From: Acidimicrobiales bacterium
GTDB lineage: Bacteria; Actinomycetota; Acidimicrobiia; Acidimicrobiales; DASWMK01
DNA: 62,279 bases
Assembly: GCA_036399815.1 (NCBI GenBank)
Contig: DASWMK010000043.1
Coordinates: 1 to 62,279 of the forward strand
Reading direction: 5' to 3'
Part shown: in pieces, positions 44,736-53,465 of the stretch
How positions within the stretch are numbered: the stretch's first letter is position 1
Layout: the number at the start of each line of letters is the position of its first letter
The notes under the pieces: generated by a model
What the model was told of the DNA's origin: nothing
The model's input: only the letters and a program-made list of their open reading frames with translations
Databases searched by the model: none
Position numbers and translations under genes: made by a program

Positions 44736-45803
44736 CTACGGGCGGGCCCCTTCCCCACCGCGGAGCAGCAGGGCGGCGACCACGCCGGCGGCGCCGGCCG
44801 CCGCGTAGAACGCGGGGTCCTCGTCCGGCCCCCGGCCCATGGAGGTCACCCGCAGGCCGGCCTCGGCGAGCAGGGCGGGCACGTCGGGGACGTCGACGCC
44901 GAGCAGTCGGTGGCGCAGGGCCGTGCCGTCGGCGTCGAGGTCGCCCCTGATCCGCTCCTCGTACCGGCCCCGGGGGACGGCGACCGTGCACCGGTTGACC
45001 GTCCCGAGCCGCAGCGCCGTCCTCGTGTGGTGGCTGACGCCCTGGTGGCGCAGCCGGGGGTCGGCCATCGAGACCCGCAGGCAGGCCACCGGCCGGCCGC
45101 CGAGGAGGGCGGCGGCGTCGAGCACCGGGCCGACCTCCATGGCGCTGAACCCGAGGCGGGTGGCGGTGCCGACCACGCCGGGGCCCATGCCGACGACGAC
45201 GGCGTCGGCCCCGGCCACCAGGCGGGCGACCAGCAGGGCCGACGGCACGCCCACGGCCTCCAGGTCGCCGCCGAAGGCCTGCCCGGCGGTCACCGTCGTC
45301 GCCACCAGGCCCGACGACCGCAGGCCGGCGACGAGGTCGGACAGGGCGGCGGGCAGGGCGGCGCCGTCGGTCATCACGTAGGCCAGGCGGGCGCCGGGGG
45401 CGGCGGCCCGGAAGGCGGCGGCCACGCACGGCACCTGGCTGTGGAGGCCGCAGGCGACGACCGGCATGCCCTCCAGGTCGTCGGCCTCGGCCAGCACCCC
45501 GCCCTCCAGCTCCTCGGCGCAGCCGGTGTCGGCCTGGAGGCTCGTGTAGCGGAGCTTCATGACGTGGCCCGGCCCCTCCGCCGACCAGCCGTCCCGCGCC
45601 AGGTTCCAGTGGACGACGTGCCAGCCGCCGGTGCCGAGCCCGAGGTCGACGGCCGTGGTGTTGACGACGACCCGGTCGCCCTCGGCCACCGGCCCGGTCA
45701 GCTCGGTCAGCACGTAGGCCCGCTCGCCGTCGACGGTCACCCGCTGGAGGCCGGCCCGCTCCGACAGGACGGCGTCGACGACCCCGGTGCGGAACGACGG
45801 CAT
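44736..45803 (-). CDS. conserved protein of unknown function (DUF3866-like)
   Basis: 355 aa with high GC3. Contains VVNTTAVDLGLGTGGWHVV and HSQVPCVAAA. The family assignment is from memory only. Confidence 0.6.
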   Translation of the reverse strand: MPSFRTGVVDAVLSERAGLQRVTVDGERAYVLTELTGPVAEGDRVVVNTTAVDLGLGTGGWHVVHWNLARDGWSAEGPGHVMKLRYTSLQADTGCAEELEGGVLAEADDLEGMPVVACGLHSQVPCVAAAFRAAAPGARLAYVMTDGAALPAALSDLVAGLRSSGLVATTVTAGQAFGGDLEAVGVPSALLVARLVAGADAVVVGMGPGVVGTATRLGFSAMEVGPVLDAAALLGGRPVACLRVSMADPRLRHQGVSHHTRTALRLGTVNRCTVAVPRGRYEERIRGDLDADGTALRHRLLGVDVPDVPALLAEAGLRVTSMGRGPDEDPAFYAAAGAAGVVAALLLRGGEGARP

Positions 45804-45849
45804 GGGCCGGACCGTACCCGGGGGGCCGCCGCGCCCGCCGCCCGGCCGG

Positions 45850-46446
45850 TCACTCGGTCGTGAGGCCCACGCACTCGTGCTCGGTGGCGAACGCCTCGTC
45901 CAGCTCCTCGGTGGCCTCCGGGTGGTCGGTGGCCACCTCGCCGACGGCGGCGGTGATCCGGTCGAGGGCCTCGCCGAAGGTCGTGCCGACCTCCTCGACG
46001 GCGTCGGCCGCCGCCGCCTCGTCGCCCTCGGGCACGGCCTCGAGGTCGTCCACGATCCCGTGCACCACGCCGGCCATGTCCTCGTAGGCGGCCACCACGG
46101 CCGCCTTGATCTCCTCGCCGCCCTCGACGGCCGGCGCCGGTGTCGTGCGGACCTGCCCGACCAGCCCGTCGACCACCGTCGCCATGCGGCCGTACGTCTC
46201 GACCAGCGCGTCGACGGTCTCGCCGGGGTCGTCGCTCACCTCCAGGGCCTCGTTCAGCGCTCTGGCCTGGCCGGAGAACGTGGTGATGGCCCCGCACACC
46301 CCGGACGCGAACGCCTCGGTCGAGGCCTGCGGCGGGGCGCTCGTGGCCGCCGTGGACGGCTCGGTGACCGTCACCTCCGCGTCGTCGTCGCCACCGCACC
46401 CCGCCAGGAGCACGGCCGTCACCACCAGGGCCGCCGCTCGTCGCAC
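45850..46446 (-). CDS. lipoprotein, paralogue A (flanks pafA)
   Basis: 198 aa. Lipobox LLAGCGGDDD. Conserved Cys near the N-terminus (GVCGAI) and C-terminus (HECVG). Confidence 0.7.
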   Translation of the reverse strand: MRRAAALVVTAVLLAGCGGDDDAEVTVTEPSTAATSAPPQASTEAFASGVCGAITTFSGQARALNEALEVSDDPGETVDALVETYGRMATVVDGLVGQVRTTPAPAVEGGEEIKAAVVAAYEDMAGVVHGIVDDLEAVPEGDEAAAADAVEEVGTTFGEALDRITAAVGEVATDHPEATEELDEAFATEHECVGLTTE

Positions 46447-46456
46447 GGCCGGGAGG

Positions 46457-47815
46457 CTAGAGGCTGGCGATCAGCTTCTCGACCCGCTCGTCGCGGGCCT
46501 TGAACGGGTCCTTGCAGAGGACGGTGCGCTGGGCCTGGTCGTTGAGCTTCAGGTGCACCCAGTCCACCGTGTAGTCCCGCTTGCGCTCCTTGGCCCGGCG
46601 GATGAACTCGCCCCGCAGCCTGGCCCGCGTCGTCTGGGGCGGCTGCTCCATGGCCGTGTCGATCTCGTCGTCGGTGCAGGTGCGCTCGACCAGGTCGCGC
46701 TGCTGCATCCGGTAGAACAGGCCCCGCTCCCGGTTGACGTCGTGGTACTGCAGGTCCATCAGCGCCACCTTGGGGTGGGTGAGCGGCAGCCCGTGGCGGT
46801 CCCGGTAGGCCTCGATCAGGTGGTGCTTGATGACCCAGTCGCACTCCCTCGTGAGCGACAGCGGGTCCTTCTCGAGCGCCGTGAGCGTGTGCTGCCACAT
46901 GTCGAGGGCCCGCTGCTCGAGCGGGCTCAGGCCCTTGGTCTCCGCGTAGCGCACGGCCCGGCCCAGGTACTCGCCCTGGATGTCGAGGGCGCTCGCCTCC
47001 CGCCCGTTGGCCAGGCGCACCCTGCGGGTGCAGGTCGTGTCGTGGCTGATCTCGCGGATGGCCCTGATCGGGTTCTCGAGGGTCATGTCGCGCAGCACCA
47101 CCGACGGGTCCTCGAGCATGCGCAGCAGGATGCTGGTCGCCCCGACCTTGAGGAACGTGGCGTACTCGCTCATGTTCGAGTCGCCGACGATCACGTGGAG
47201 CCGGCGGTAGCGCTCGGCGTCGGCGTGGGGCTCGTCCCTGGTGTTGATGATCGGCCGCGACCGGGTGGTGGCGCTCGAGACGCCCTCCCAGATGTGCTCG
47301 GCCCGCTGGCTGATGCAGTACATGGCGCCGCGGGCGGTCTGGAGGACCTTGCCGGCGCCGGCGTAGATCTGGCGGCTGACGAAGAACGGGATCAGCACCT
47401 CGGCGTAGTGGCCGAAGTCGTCCCGCCGGCTGGTCAGGTAGTTCTCGTGGCAGCCGTAGCTGTTGCCGGCCGAGTCGGTGTTGTTCTTGAACAGGTAGAT
47501 GACCCCGCGGATGCCCTCCTCGCGGAGGCGCTGCTCGGCGCTGCCGAGGAGCTGCTCGAGGATGCGCTCGCCGGCCTTGTCGTGGACGACGAGGTCGTGG
47601 ATCGAGTCGCACTCGGGGGTGGCGTACTCCGGGTGGGAGCCGACGTCGAGGTACAACCGGGCCCCGTTGGCCAGGAACACGTTGCTGCTCCTGCCCCAGG
47701 AGACGACCCGCCGGAACAGGTACCGGGCCACCTCGTCCGGGCTCAGCCGGCGCTGGCCCCGCAGCGTGCAGGTGACCCCGTACTCGTTCTCGAGGCCGAA
47801 GATGCGCCGGTCCAT
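46457..47815 (-). CDS. pafA: Pup-protein ligase PafA
   Basis: 452 aa. Begins [14 protein letters not shown], with [24 protein letters not shown]. Confidence 0.95.
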   Translation of the reverse strand: MDRRIFGLENEYGVTCTLRGQRRLSPDEVARYLFRRVVSWGRSSNVFLANGARLYLDVGSHPEYATPECDSIHDLVVHDKAGERILEQLLGSAEQRLREEGIRGVIYLFKNNTDSAGNSYGCHENYLTSRRDDFGHYAEVLIPFFVSRQIYAGAGKVLQTARGAMYCISQRAEHIWEGVSSATTRSRPIINTRDEPHADAERYRRLHVIVGDSNMSEYATFLKVGATSILLRMLEDPSVVLRDMTLENPIRAIREISHDTTCTRRVRLANGREASALDIQGEYLGRAVRYAETKGLSPLEQRALDMWQHTLTALEKDPLSLTRECDWVIKHHLIEAYRDRHGLPLTHPKVALMDLQYHDVNRERGLFYRMQQRDLVERTCTDDEIDTAMEQPPQTTRARLRGEFIRRAKERKRDYTVDWVHLKLNDQAQRTVLCKDPFKARDERVEKLIASL

Positions 47816-47836
47816 CGCGCGGAGGCTACGCCGTGC

Positions 47837-48523
47837 TCAGCCGATCACCCCCGCGCAGGCGGGCTCGGCCTGGAACGCGGCCTGGAGCTGCTGGGACTGC
47901 TCGGGGTACTGCTCGTCCACCTGGCTGAACGCCTCGCTCGTCTTCTCGGCGCTCGCCTGGAACTGGGTGGTCACCTCGGTGAGGGCCTGGGTGAAGGCCG
48001 TCGGGTCGTCCTCGGGCACGGCGGCGATGTCGGTCTGGAGCTGGTCGAACAGGGCGGACAGGGCGTTCAGCCCGTTGACCAGGGTGCCGTGGATCTCGTC
48101 GCCGGCGTCGACGGCCGGCGGGCCGGCGTCGGTGACCGACTGCACCATCTGGTCGGTGACCGAGGCCATGTCCGCCACGAAGTCGATCAGCACGTCCTTG
48201 CCGGTGGACGGGTCGGTGGGCGGGTTGGCCTGGAGGTCGCCGGCCAGGCCCTGCAGGTCGGACTGCCAGGTCGACATGGCCGTGCAGACGCCGTTGGCGT
48301 ACTCGTCGAGCGACGCCCCCTCGCCGGTGGCGCCGGTGGTCTCGGTGGTGGCCTCGCTCGTCGTCGTCTCGGCCTCGGTCGACCCGGTGGTCGCCTCGGT
48401 GCCGGAGGTGGACGACGAGGCGGCCTCGTCGCCGCTCCCGCCGTCGTCGTCGTCCCCGCCGCAGGCGGCGAGGAGGACGGTGGCGGCGAGCAGGACGACG
48501 GCGAGCCGGTGGCGACGGGTCAC
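47837..48523 (-). CDS. lipoprotein, paralogue B (flanks pafA)
   Basis: 228 aa from GTG 48523 (GAGGAG SD). Lipobox LLAACGGDDDD, then GVCTAM ... AVPEDD ... PACAG, matching paralogue A. Confidence 0.65.
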   Translation of the reverse strand: MTRRHRLAVVLLAATVLLAACGGDDDDGGSGDEAASSSTSGTEATTGSTEAETTTSEATTETTGATGEGASLDEYANGVCTAMSTWQSDLQGLAGDLQANPPTDPSTGKDVLIDFVADMASVTDQMVQSVTDAGPPAVDAGDEIHGTLVNGLNALSALFDQLQTDIAAVPEDDPTAFTQALTEVTTQFQASAEKTSEAFSQVDEQYPEQSQQLQAAFQAEPACAGVIG

Positions 48524-48569
48524 GGAGGGCTCCTCTGCCTCGGGTGGTGCCGAACGGTAGCGTGGGCCC

Positions 48570-48896
48570 GTGGGCGAGCTCCGGATGGTGCCGGTCGCCG
48601 TCACCCGCGACCAGTTCGAGGCCCGCGTGATCGCCGCCCGCCTCGGCTCGGAGGGCATCGTCTGGGAGCTGCGGGGCAACGCCGGCGGGCCCTACCCGCT
48701 CGGCCAGGTGCAGGTCCTCGTGGAGGAGGCCTGCGTGGAGGCCGCCCGCGAGGTGCTCGGCTCGGCCGGCGCGGAGGACGCCGCCGGGGACCCGGTGGCG
48801 GCCGGCGACGGCGCCGGCCGGGTGTGGATGGCCGTCCTCGTCATCGCCGCCATGGTCGCGGCCGGCCTGCTCCGCGTGATCGTGGCGATGGGCTGA
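48570..48896 (+). CDS. DUF2007-like small protein with C-terminal TM helix
   Basis: 108 aa with very high GC3. VTRDQFEARVIAARLGSEGIVWEL...VQVLVEEACVEAAREVL resembles the DUF2007 fold. Hydrophobic C-terminus. Confidence 0.55.
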   Translation: MGELRMVPVAVTRDQFEARVIAARLGSEGIVWELRGNAGGPYPLGQVQVLVEEACVEAAREVLGSAGAEDAAGDPVAAGDGAGRVWMAVLVIAAMVAAGLLRVIVAMG

Positions 48897-48931
48897 GGCC
48901 GGGCGGGGCGGCCGGTCAGCGGCGGGGTCGG

Positions 48932-49702
48932 TCAGGGCGCGGCCGGGGGCGGGCCCTCGTGGCCCGGGCCGCCGCCCTCGTCCTCGACCGGGGGCCGCTC
49001 GGAGCTGGTCCCCTCGCCGGCACCGGCCGGCAGCAGGGCGGCGAGCGCCTCGTCCTCCAGGCGCCGGAACGCCCGGCGGCCGTTGCTCCTCGCCAGCACG
49101 GCGACCTCGAGGTCGTCCGGGGCGAGGAGGCGGTCGGGGCCGGCCAGCGCCCGGCTGGCGACGTGGACGGCCTCGCCCAGCGGGAGGCCCTCGCGCCACG
49201 ACTCCTCGAGCCGGCTGATGATCGTGTCCGAGTCGCCGCCGAGGACCGTGTAGCCCTTCTCGTCGAACACGGTGCCGTCGTAGAGGATGTGGAAGAGCCG
49301 GTCGCCGGCGACGTCGGTGCCCACCTCGGCGACGAGGATCTCCACCTCCATCGGCTTCATCTCGTGGGTGAAGATCTGGCCGAGGATGCCGGCGTAGGCG
49401 TTGGCCAGGCTGCGGGCGTCCACGTCCTCCCGGCTGTAGGAGTAGCCCTTCAGGTCGGCGTGGCGGACCCCGGCGATGCGCAGCTGGTCGAACTCGTTGT
49501 AGCGGCCGACCCCGGCGAACGCGATCCGGTCGTAGATCTCGCTGACCTTGCGGAGCGTGTTGCTCGGGTTCTCGGCGCAGATGGCGATCCCGTCCTCGTA
49601 GGTGACGGCGGCCAGGCTGCGGCCCCTCGCGATCCCCTTCCGGGCGTAGTCCGCCCGGTCCTTCATCACCTGCTCGGGCGCGACGTAGAACGGCATGCTC
49701 AT
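48932..49702 (-). CDS. prcA: proteasome alpha subunit PrcA
   Basis: 256 aa. Begins MSMPFYVAPEQVMKDRADYARKGIARGRS, with IAFAGVGRYNEF. Confidence 0.95.
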   Translation of the reverse strand: MSMPFYVAPEQVMKDRADYARKGIARGRSLAAVTYEDGIAICAENPSNTLRKVSEIYDRIAFAGVGRYNEFDQLRIAGVRHADLKGYSYSREDVDARSLANAYAGILGQIFTHEMKPMEVEILVAEVGTDVAGDRLFHILYDGTVFDEKGYTVLGGDSDTIISRLEESWREGLPLGEAVHVASRALAGPDRLLAPDDLEVAVLARSNGRRAFRRLEDEALAALLPAGAGEGTSSERPPVEDEGGGPGHEGPPPAAP

Positions 49703-50544
49703 GCCGGCGCCCTCCCGATCGTCGGGGGCGCCCCGGCGTCGGCCGACGCGCTCTCGGGCGTGCTCATCCGGGAGACGAGGTCGCGGAAGCGCTCGGCCAC
49801 CTCGTCCTCGGGCACCCGCTCGAAGCCGTCGGCGGTGATCGTCGCCATCGTCGGGTAGATGCCCCGGACGAGGTCGGGCCCGCCGGTGGCCGAGTCCTCG
49901 TCGGCCGCCTGGAACAGCGCGGTGATGGCCAGCTCCAGGGTGGCGGCCCGGTCCATGTCCTCCCGGTAGCCCATCTTGACGACGGTGCCGGCGTGGAGGC
50001 TGCCCGACCCGGTGGCCGAGAAGTCGCTCTCCTCGTAGCGCCCGCCGGTGACGTCGTACTGGAACAGCCGCCCCGCCCGCCGCCGCACGTCGTAGCCGGC
50101 GAACAGGGGCACGACGGCCAGGCCCTGCATGGCCGCCGGCAGGTGGTTGCGCACCATCTGGCCGAGCTGGTTGGCCTTGCCCTCGAGCGACAGGGCCGAC
50201 CCCTCGACCTTCTCGTAGTGCTCCAGCTGGAGCTGGAACAGCTTCACCATCTCCATGGCCGGCCCGGCCGCGCCGGCGATGGCGACGCCGGAGTGGCGGT
50301 CGGCCGGGAACACCTTCTCGATGCTCCGGTGGCTGATCAGGTGCCCGGAGGTCGCCCGGCGGTCGCCGGCCATGACCACGCCGTCGGCGTAGCGGATGGC
50401 GACCACGGTGGTGCCGTGGGGCACGCGGAGCGGCTCGCCCACGGGCGCGTCGGGAGCCGGCGGCACGAGGCCGGACCGCCGGAGGAGCTCGCTGAAGCTG
50501 GGCCCCGGGTCCTTCCCGGGGTCGAACCGGGGAAGCAGCGTCAC
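49699..50544 (-). CDS. prcB: proteasome beta subunit PrcB
   Basis: 281 aa. A propeptide is followed by HGTTVVAIRYADGVVMAGDRRAT (catalytic Thr). Confidence 0.95.
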   Translation of the reverse strand: MTLLPRFDPGKDPGPSFSELLRRSGLVPPAPDAPVGEPLRVPHGTTVVAIRYADGVVMAGDRRATSGHLISHRSIEKVFPADRHSGVAIAGAAGPAMEMVKLFQLQLEHYEKVEGSALSLEGKANQLGQMVRNHLPAAMQGLAVVPLFAGYDVRRRAGRLFQYDVTGGRYEESDFSATGSGSLHAGTVVKMGYREDMDRAATLELAITALFQAADEDSATGGPDLVRGIYPTMATITADGFERVPEDEVAERFRDLVSRMSTPESASADAGAPPTIGRAPA

Positions 50545-50735
50545 TCCCCGCCCTTCTGCACGTAGCCGCGCACGAAGTCCTCGGCGTTGGACTCGAGCAC
50601 CTCGTCGATCTCGTCGAGGAGGTCGTCGAGCTCCGCCTTCAGCTTCTCGCCGGTCTCCGACGACGCGGGTGCCTCGACCACCTCCTCGTCGTCCCTGCGG
50701 GCCGGGGCCCGCCGCTTCTGTTCCCGTTCGGCCAT
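50541..50735 (-). CDS. pup: prokaryotic ubiquitin-like protein Pup (C-terminal GGE)
   Basis: 64 aa from ATG 50735 (GAGGAGG SD). Ends ...LDDLLDEIDEVLESNAEDFVRGYVQKGGE. The longer 95-aa track ORF is rejected. Confidence 0.9.
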   Translation of the reverse strand: MAEREQKRRAPARRDDEEVVEAPASSETGEKLKAELDDLLDEIDEVLESNAEDFVRGYVQKGGE

Positions 50736-50748
50736 CAGTCCGTCCTCC

Positions 50749-52260
50749 TCACGACCCCAGCCGCTCGACCAGCTCGGCCGGCGTCGAGCACTCCTCCAAC
50801 AACGTAGCGACGTGGGCCCTGGTGCCACGCATCGGTTCCATCATCGGCACGCGACGCAGCGGATCGCTGCCGACGTCGAAGACGAGCGAGTCCCAGTTGG
50901 CGGCGACGATGCTCGACGCCCACCGCTGGAGGCACTTGCCCCGGAAGTAGGCCCTGGTGTCCTCGGGCGGCTCCGACACCGCCGCCTCGACCTCGGCGTC
51001 GTCGACCAGGCGCTCCAGGCCCACCCGGGCGGCGAGCGACTTGCCCGGCCGCAGGTCGTGGTACTGGAGGTCCATGGCGGCCAGGCGGGCGTCGTCCCAG
51101 CGCAGCCCGTGGCGCTGCCGGTAGCCCTCGAGCAGGCGGCGCTTGGCCACCCAGTCCACCTGGTCGGCCACCCGCATCGGGTCGACCTCGAGCGCCGTGA
51201 GCACGGCCTCCCAGCGCCGCAGCAGGTCGGCGCCGACCTCCTCGCCCACCGACTCCAGCCCGACCTCCTCGGCGTACTTGCGGGCCCGGTCGAGGTACTC
51301 CCACTGCACGTCGAGCGGGCTGATCGACCCGCCGGCGGCCAGCTCCAGCGGGCGCCGGCACGTGAGGTCGTAGCTGACGTGGCGCAGGGCGGCCACCGGC
51401 GCGGACAGCACCAGCTCGCGGGGCAGGAAGTCGTCCTCGATCATCGACAGGACGACGGCCGTGGTGCCCACCTTCAGGTAGGTGGCGACCTCGGACAGGT
51501 TGGCGTCGCCCAGGATCACGTGCAGGCGGCGGTACTTCTGGGTGTCGGCGTGGGGCTCGTCGCGGGTGTTGACGATCGGCCGCTTGAGCGTCGTCTCGAG
51601 CCCGACCTCCTCCTCGAAGAAGTCGGCCCGCTGGCTGATCTGGAAGGTGACGTCGCCCCGTGACGTGCCGGCCGCCTCGCAGCCGACCTTGCCGGCGCCG
51701 GTGAAGATCTGGCGGGTGACGAAGAACGGCAGCACGTGGGTGACGATGCGGCCGAACGGCACGGCCCGGTCCATCAGGTAGTTCTCGTGGCAGCCGTAGC
51801 TGTTGCCCTTGCCGTCCGAGTTGTTCTTGTAGACGACGATCTCCTGGCCGGGCGGCAGGGTGCGCTCCGCCGCCTCCATGGAGCGCTGGAGGATCAGCTC
51901 GGCGGCCCGGTCGTAGCGGACGACGGCCATGGCGTCGGCGCACTCGGGGGTCGACAGCTCGGGGTGGGCGTGGTCGACGTAGTAGCGGGCGCCGTTGGTG
52001 AGCACGGCGTTGACGAGGTGGGTCTCGATCTCGGGGGCGAGCGTGCCCTCCGGCGAGAACCCGCGGGCGTCGTTGCCGGGCGACTCGTCCTCGAAGTCCC
52101 AGCCGACCTTCGGGCCACCCTCGCCGGCCGCCGTCCTGGCCAGCTCGTTCACGTACGCGTTGATCAGGACCGACGACGCCGCGATGGGGTTGGACTCGCC
52201 CGCGCCCCGCAGCTGGATGCCGTACTCGGTCTCGATCCCGCACACCTTGCGGATGGCCAC
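50749..52260 (-). CDS. dop: Pup deamidase/depupylase Dop
   Basis: 503 aa. Contains VCGIETEYGI, NGARYYVDHAHPELSTPEC, and a Dop-type insertion relative to PafA. Confidence 0.9.
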   Translation of the reverse strand: MAIRKVCGIETEYGIQLRGAGESNPIAASSVLINAYVNELARTAAGEGGPKVGWDFEDESPGNDARGFSPEGTLAPEIETHLVNAVLTNGARYYVDHAHPELSTPECADAMAVVRYDRAAELILQRSMEAAERTLPPGQEIVVYKNNSDGKGNSYGCHENYLMDRAVPFGRIVTHVLPFFVTRQIFTGAGKVGCEAAGTSRGDVTFQISQRADFFEEEVGLETTLKRPIVNTRDEPHADTQKYRRLHVILGDANLSEVATYLKVGTTAVVLSMIEDDFLPRELVLSAPVAALRHVSYDLTCRRPLELAAGGSISPLDVQWEYLDRARKYAEEVGLESVGEEVGADLLRRWEAVLTALEVDPMRVADQVDWVAKRRLLEGYRQRHGLRWDDARLAAMDLQYHDLRPGKSLAARVGLERLVDDAEVEAAVSEPPEDTRAYFRGKCLQRWASSIVAANWDSLVFDVGSDPLRRVPMMEPMRGTRAHVATLLEECSTPAELVERLGS

Positions 52261-52296
52261 GGCGCGACCCTACCGCCCGGTCCCTTGATCGACGCC

Positions 52297-53433
52297 CTAC
52301 CGCTCGACCGACCCGCGGTCGCAGCGGCCCACCCCGTCGCCGTCGCCGTCGGCCGGCCGCGGCGCCCCCCGCTGGTCCCTCGACGGGCACGGGAACCCGC
52401 CGACGAGCGAGTCGACGGCAGGGCTGCCCGCCGCCGGCACGTGCACCGGCGTGGGCCCGCCGGCGTAGGTCAGCGGGCCGAGGCGCGGCTCGACCCCCAC
52501 CCGGTCGCCCTGCGCCTTCAGGTGGCACGAGGCGTCGGCGGCCAGGTTGCCCCCGCCCGAGCGGACCGGCCGGTCGCAGTCGGGCGCCGGCCCGGCCCCG
52601 GCCACCACGCTCGCCGCCAGCCGCACGGCCGCGCCCTCGTCGGCCGTGATCGTCGACCCGGCGAGCGGCGCGCCGTTCCCGGCGAAGGTGGAGAAGGCCA
52701 CGTCGAGGCGGGCGGTCGGCAGGGCCCGCACGGCGCCGCCCCGCCCGGCGCCGCCGCCGAAGGACTCGAGGACGCGGTTGTGGCTGAACGTCGACTGCAC
52801 GACCGTGGTCGGCCCGGCGACGGTCATGCCGGCGCCGCTGTTGCCGGCCGTGTTCCCGGCGACCGTGGTCCGCTCCAGTCGCACGAGGCCGGCGCCGGAG
52901 AAGATGCCGCCGCCGTCGCCGACCGCGTGGTTGCCGGCGACGAGCACGTCGACGAGGGTCAGGTCGCCGTCGTTCAGCACGCCGGCGCCGCTGCCGTCGA
53001 CGGACGCGTCCCGGATCGTGAGCCGCTCGACCGTGCCGCTCCCACCGGGGACGACGTGGAGGACGCGGTCGACCTCGCTCGTCACCACGGTGCCCCGGCC
53101 GGCGCCCCGGATCGTGACGAAGGTGGCGAGGTCGAGGTCGCCGGTGGCCGAGGCGTCCTCGTCCTGGCCGGGCACGGTCAGCACGAACGTGCCCTCCGGC
53201 ACCCGGACCACGGTCGGCTCGCCGCCGGCGCTCGCCTCCTGCACGGCGGCCCGCAGGGTGCAGGTGCCCGCCGCCGTCCGGCAAGCGCCGTCGGCCGGGG
53301 CCTCGTCGGGCAGGTCGGCGCGGTCGTCAACGGTGAGGACGAGGGGCGGAGCGGCGGCGGCCCCCGCCGTCGCGTCCGGGTAGGCCGCGCCGAACAGCAG
53401 CGCCGCGATCGCGACCGCACGGTGACCGGTCAT
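52297..53433 (-). CDS. secreted right-handed parallel beta-helix protein (CSLREA / choice-of-anchor-Q-like)
   Basis: 378 aa. Signal peptide, CTLRAAVQEA motif, repeated G-rich beta-helix turns (NHAVGDGGGIF, GNTAGNSGAGM), and C-terminal Cys pairs. Confidence 0.65.
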   Translation of the reverse strand: MTGHRAVAIAALLFGAAYPDATAGAAAAPPLVLTVDDRADLPDEAPADGACRTAAGTCTLRAAVQEASAGGEPTVVRVPEGTFVLTVPGQDEDASATGDLDLATFVTIRGAGRGTVVTSEVDRVLHVVPGGSGTVERLTIRDASVDGSGAGVLNDGDLTLVDVLVAGNHAVGDGGGIFSGAGLVRLERTTVAGNTAGNSGAGMTVAGPTTVVQSTFSHNRVLESFGGGAGRGGAVRALPTARLDVAFSTFAGNGAPLAGSTITADEGAAVRLAASVVAGAGPAPDCDRPVRSGGGNLAADASCHLKAQGDRVGVEPRLGPLTYAGGPTPVHVPAAGSPAVDSLVGGFPCPSRDQRGAPRPADGDGDGVGRCDRGSVER

Positions 53434-53465
53434 GGGCCGACCTCCCCCGTCGGAGGCCGACGAGC

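Noticed and set aside
46106-49858. 1250-aa plus-strand ORF spanning the pafA-prcA region
   Set aside because: It is antisense to pafA, a lipoprotein gene and prcA, and its translation is low complexity. Within this span only 48570..48896 (+), in a different frame, looks genuine.
50541-50828. 95-aa version of the pup ORF
   Set aside because: The upstream 31 codons overlap the dop 3' end and lack any Pup-like sequence. ATG 50735 has a strong GAGGAGG SD and gives the canonical 64-aa Pup.
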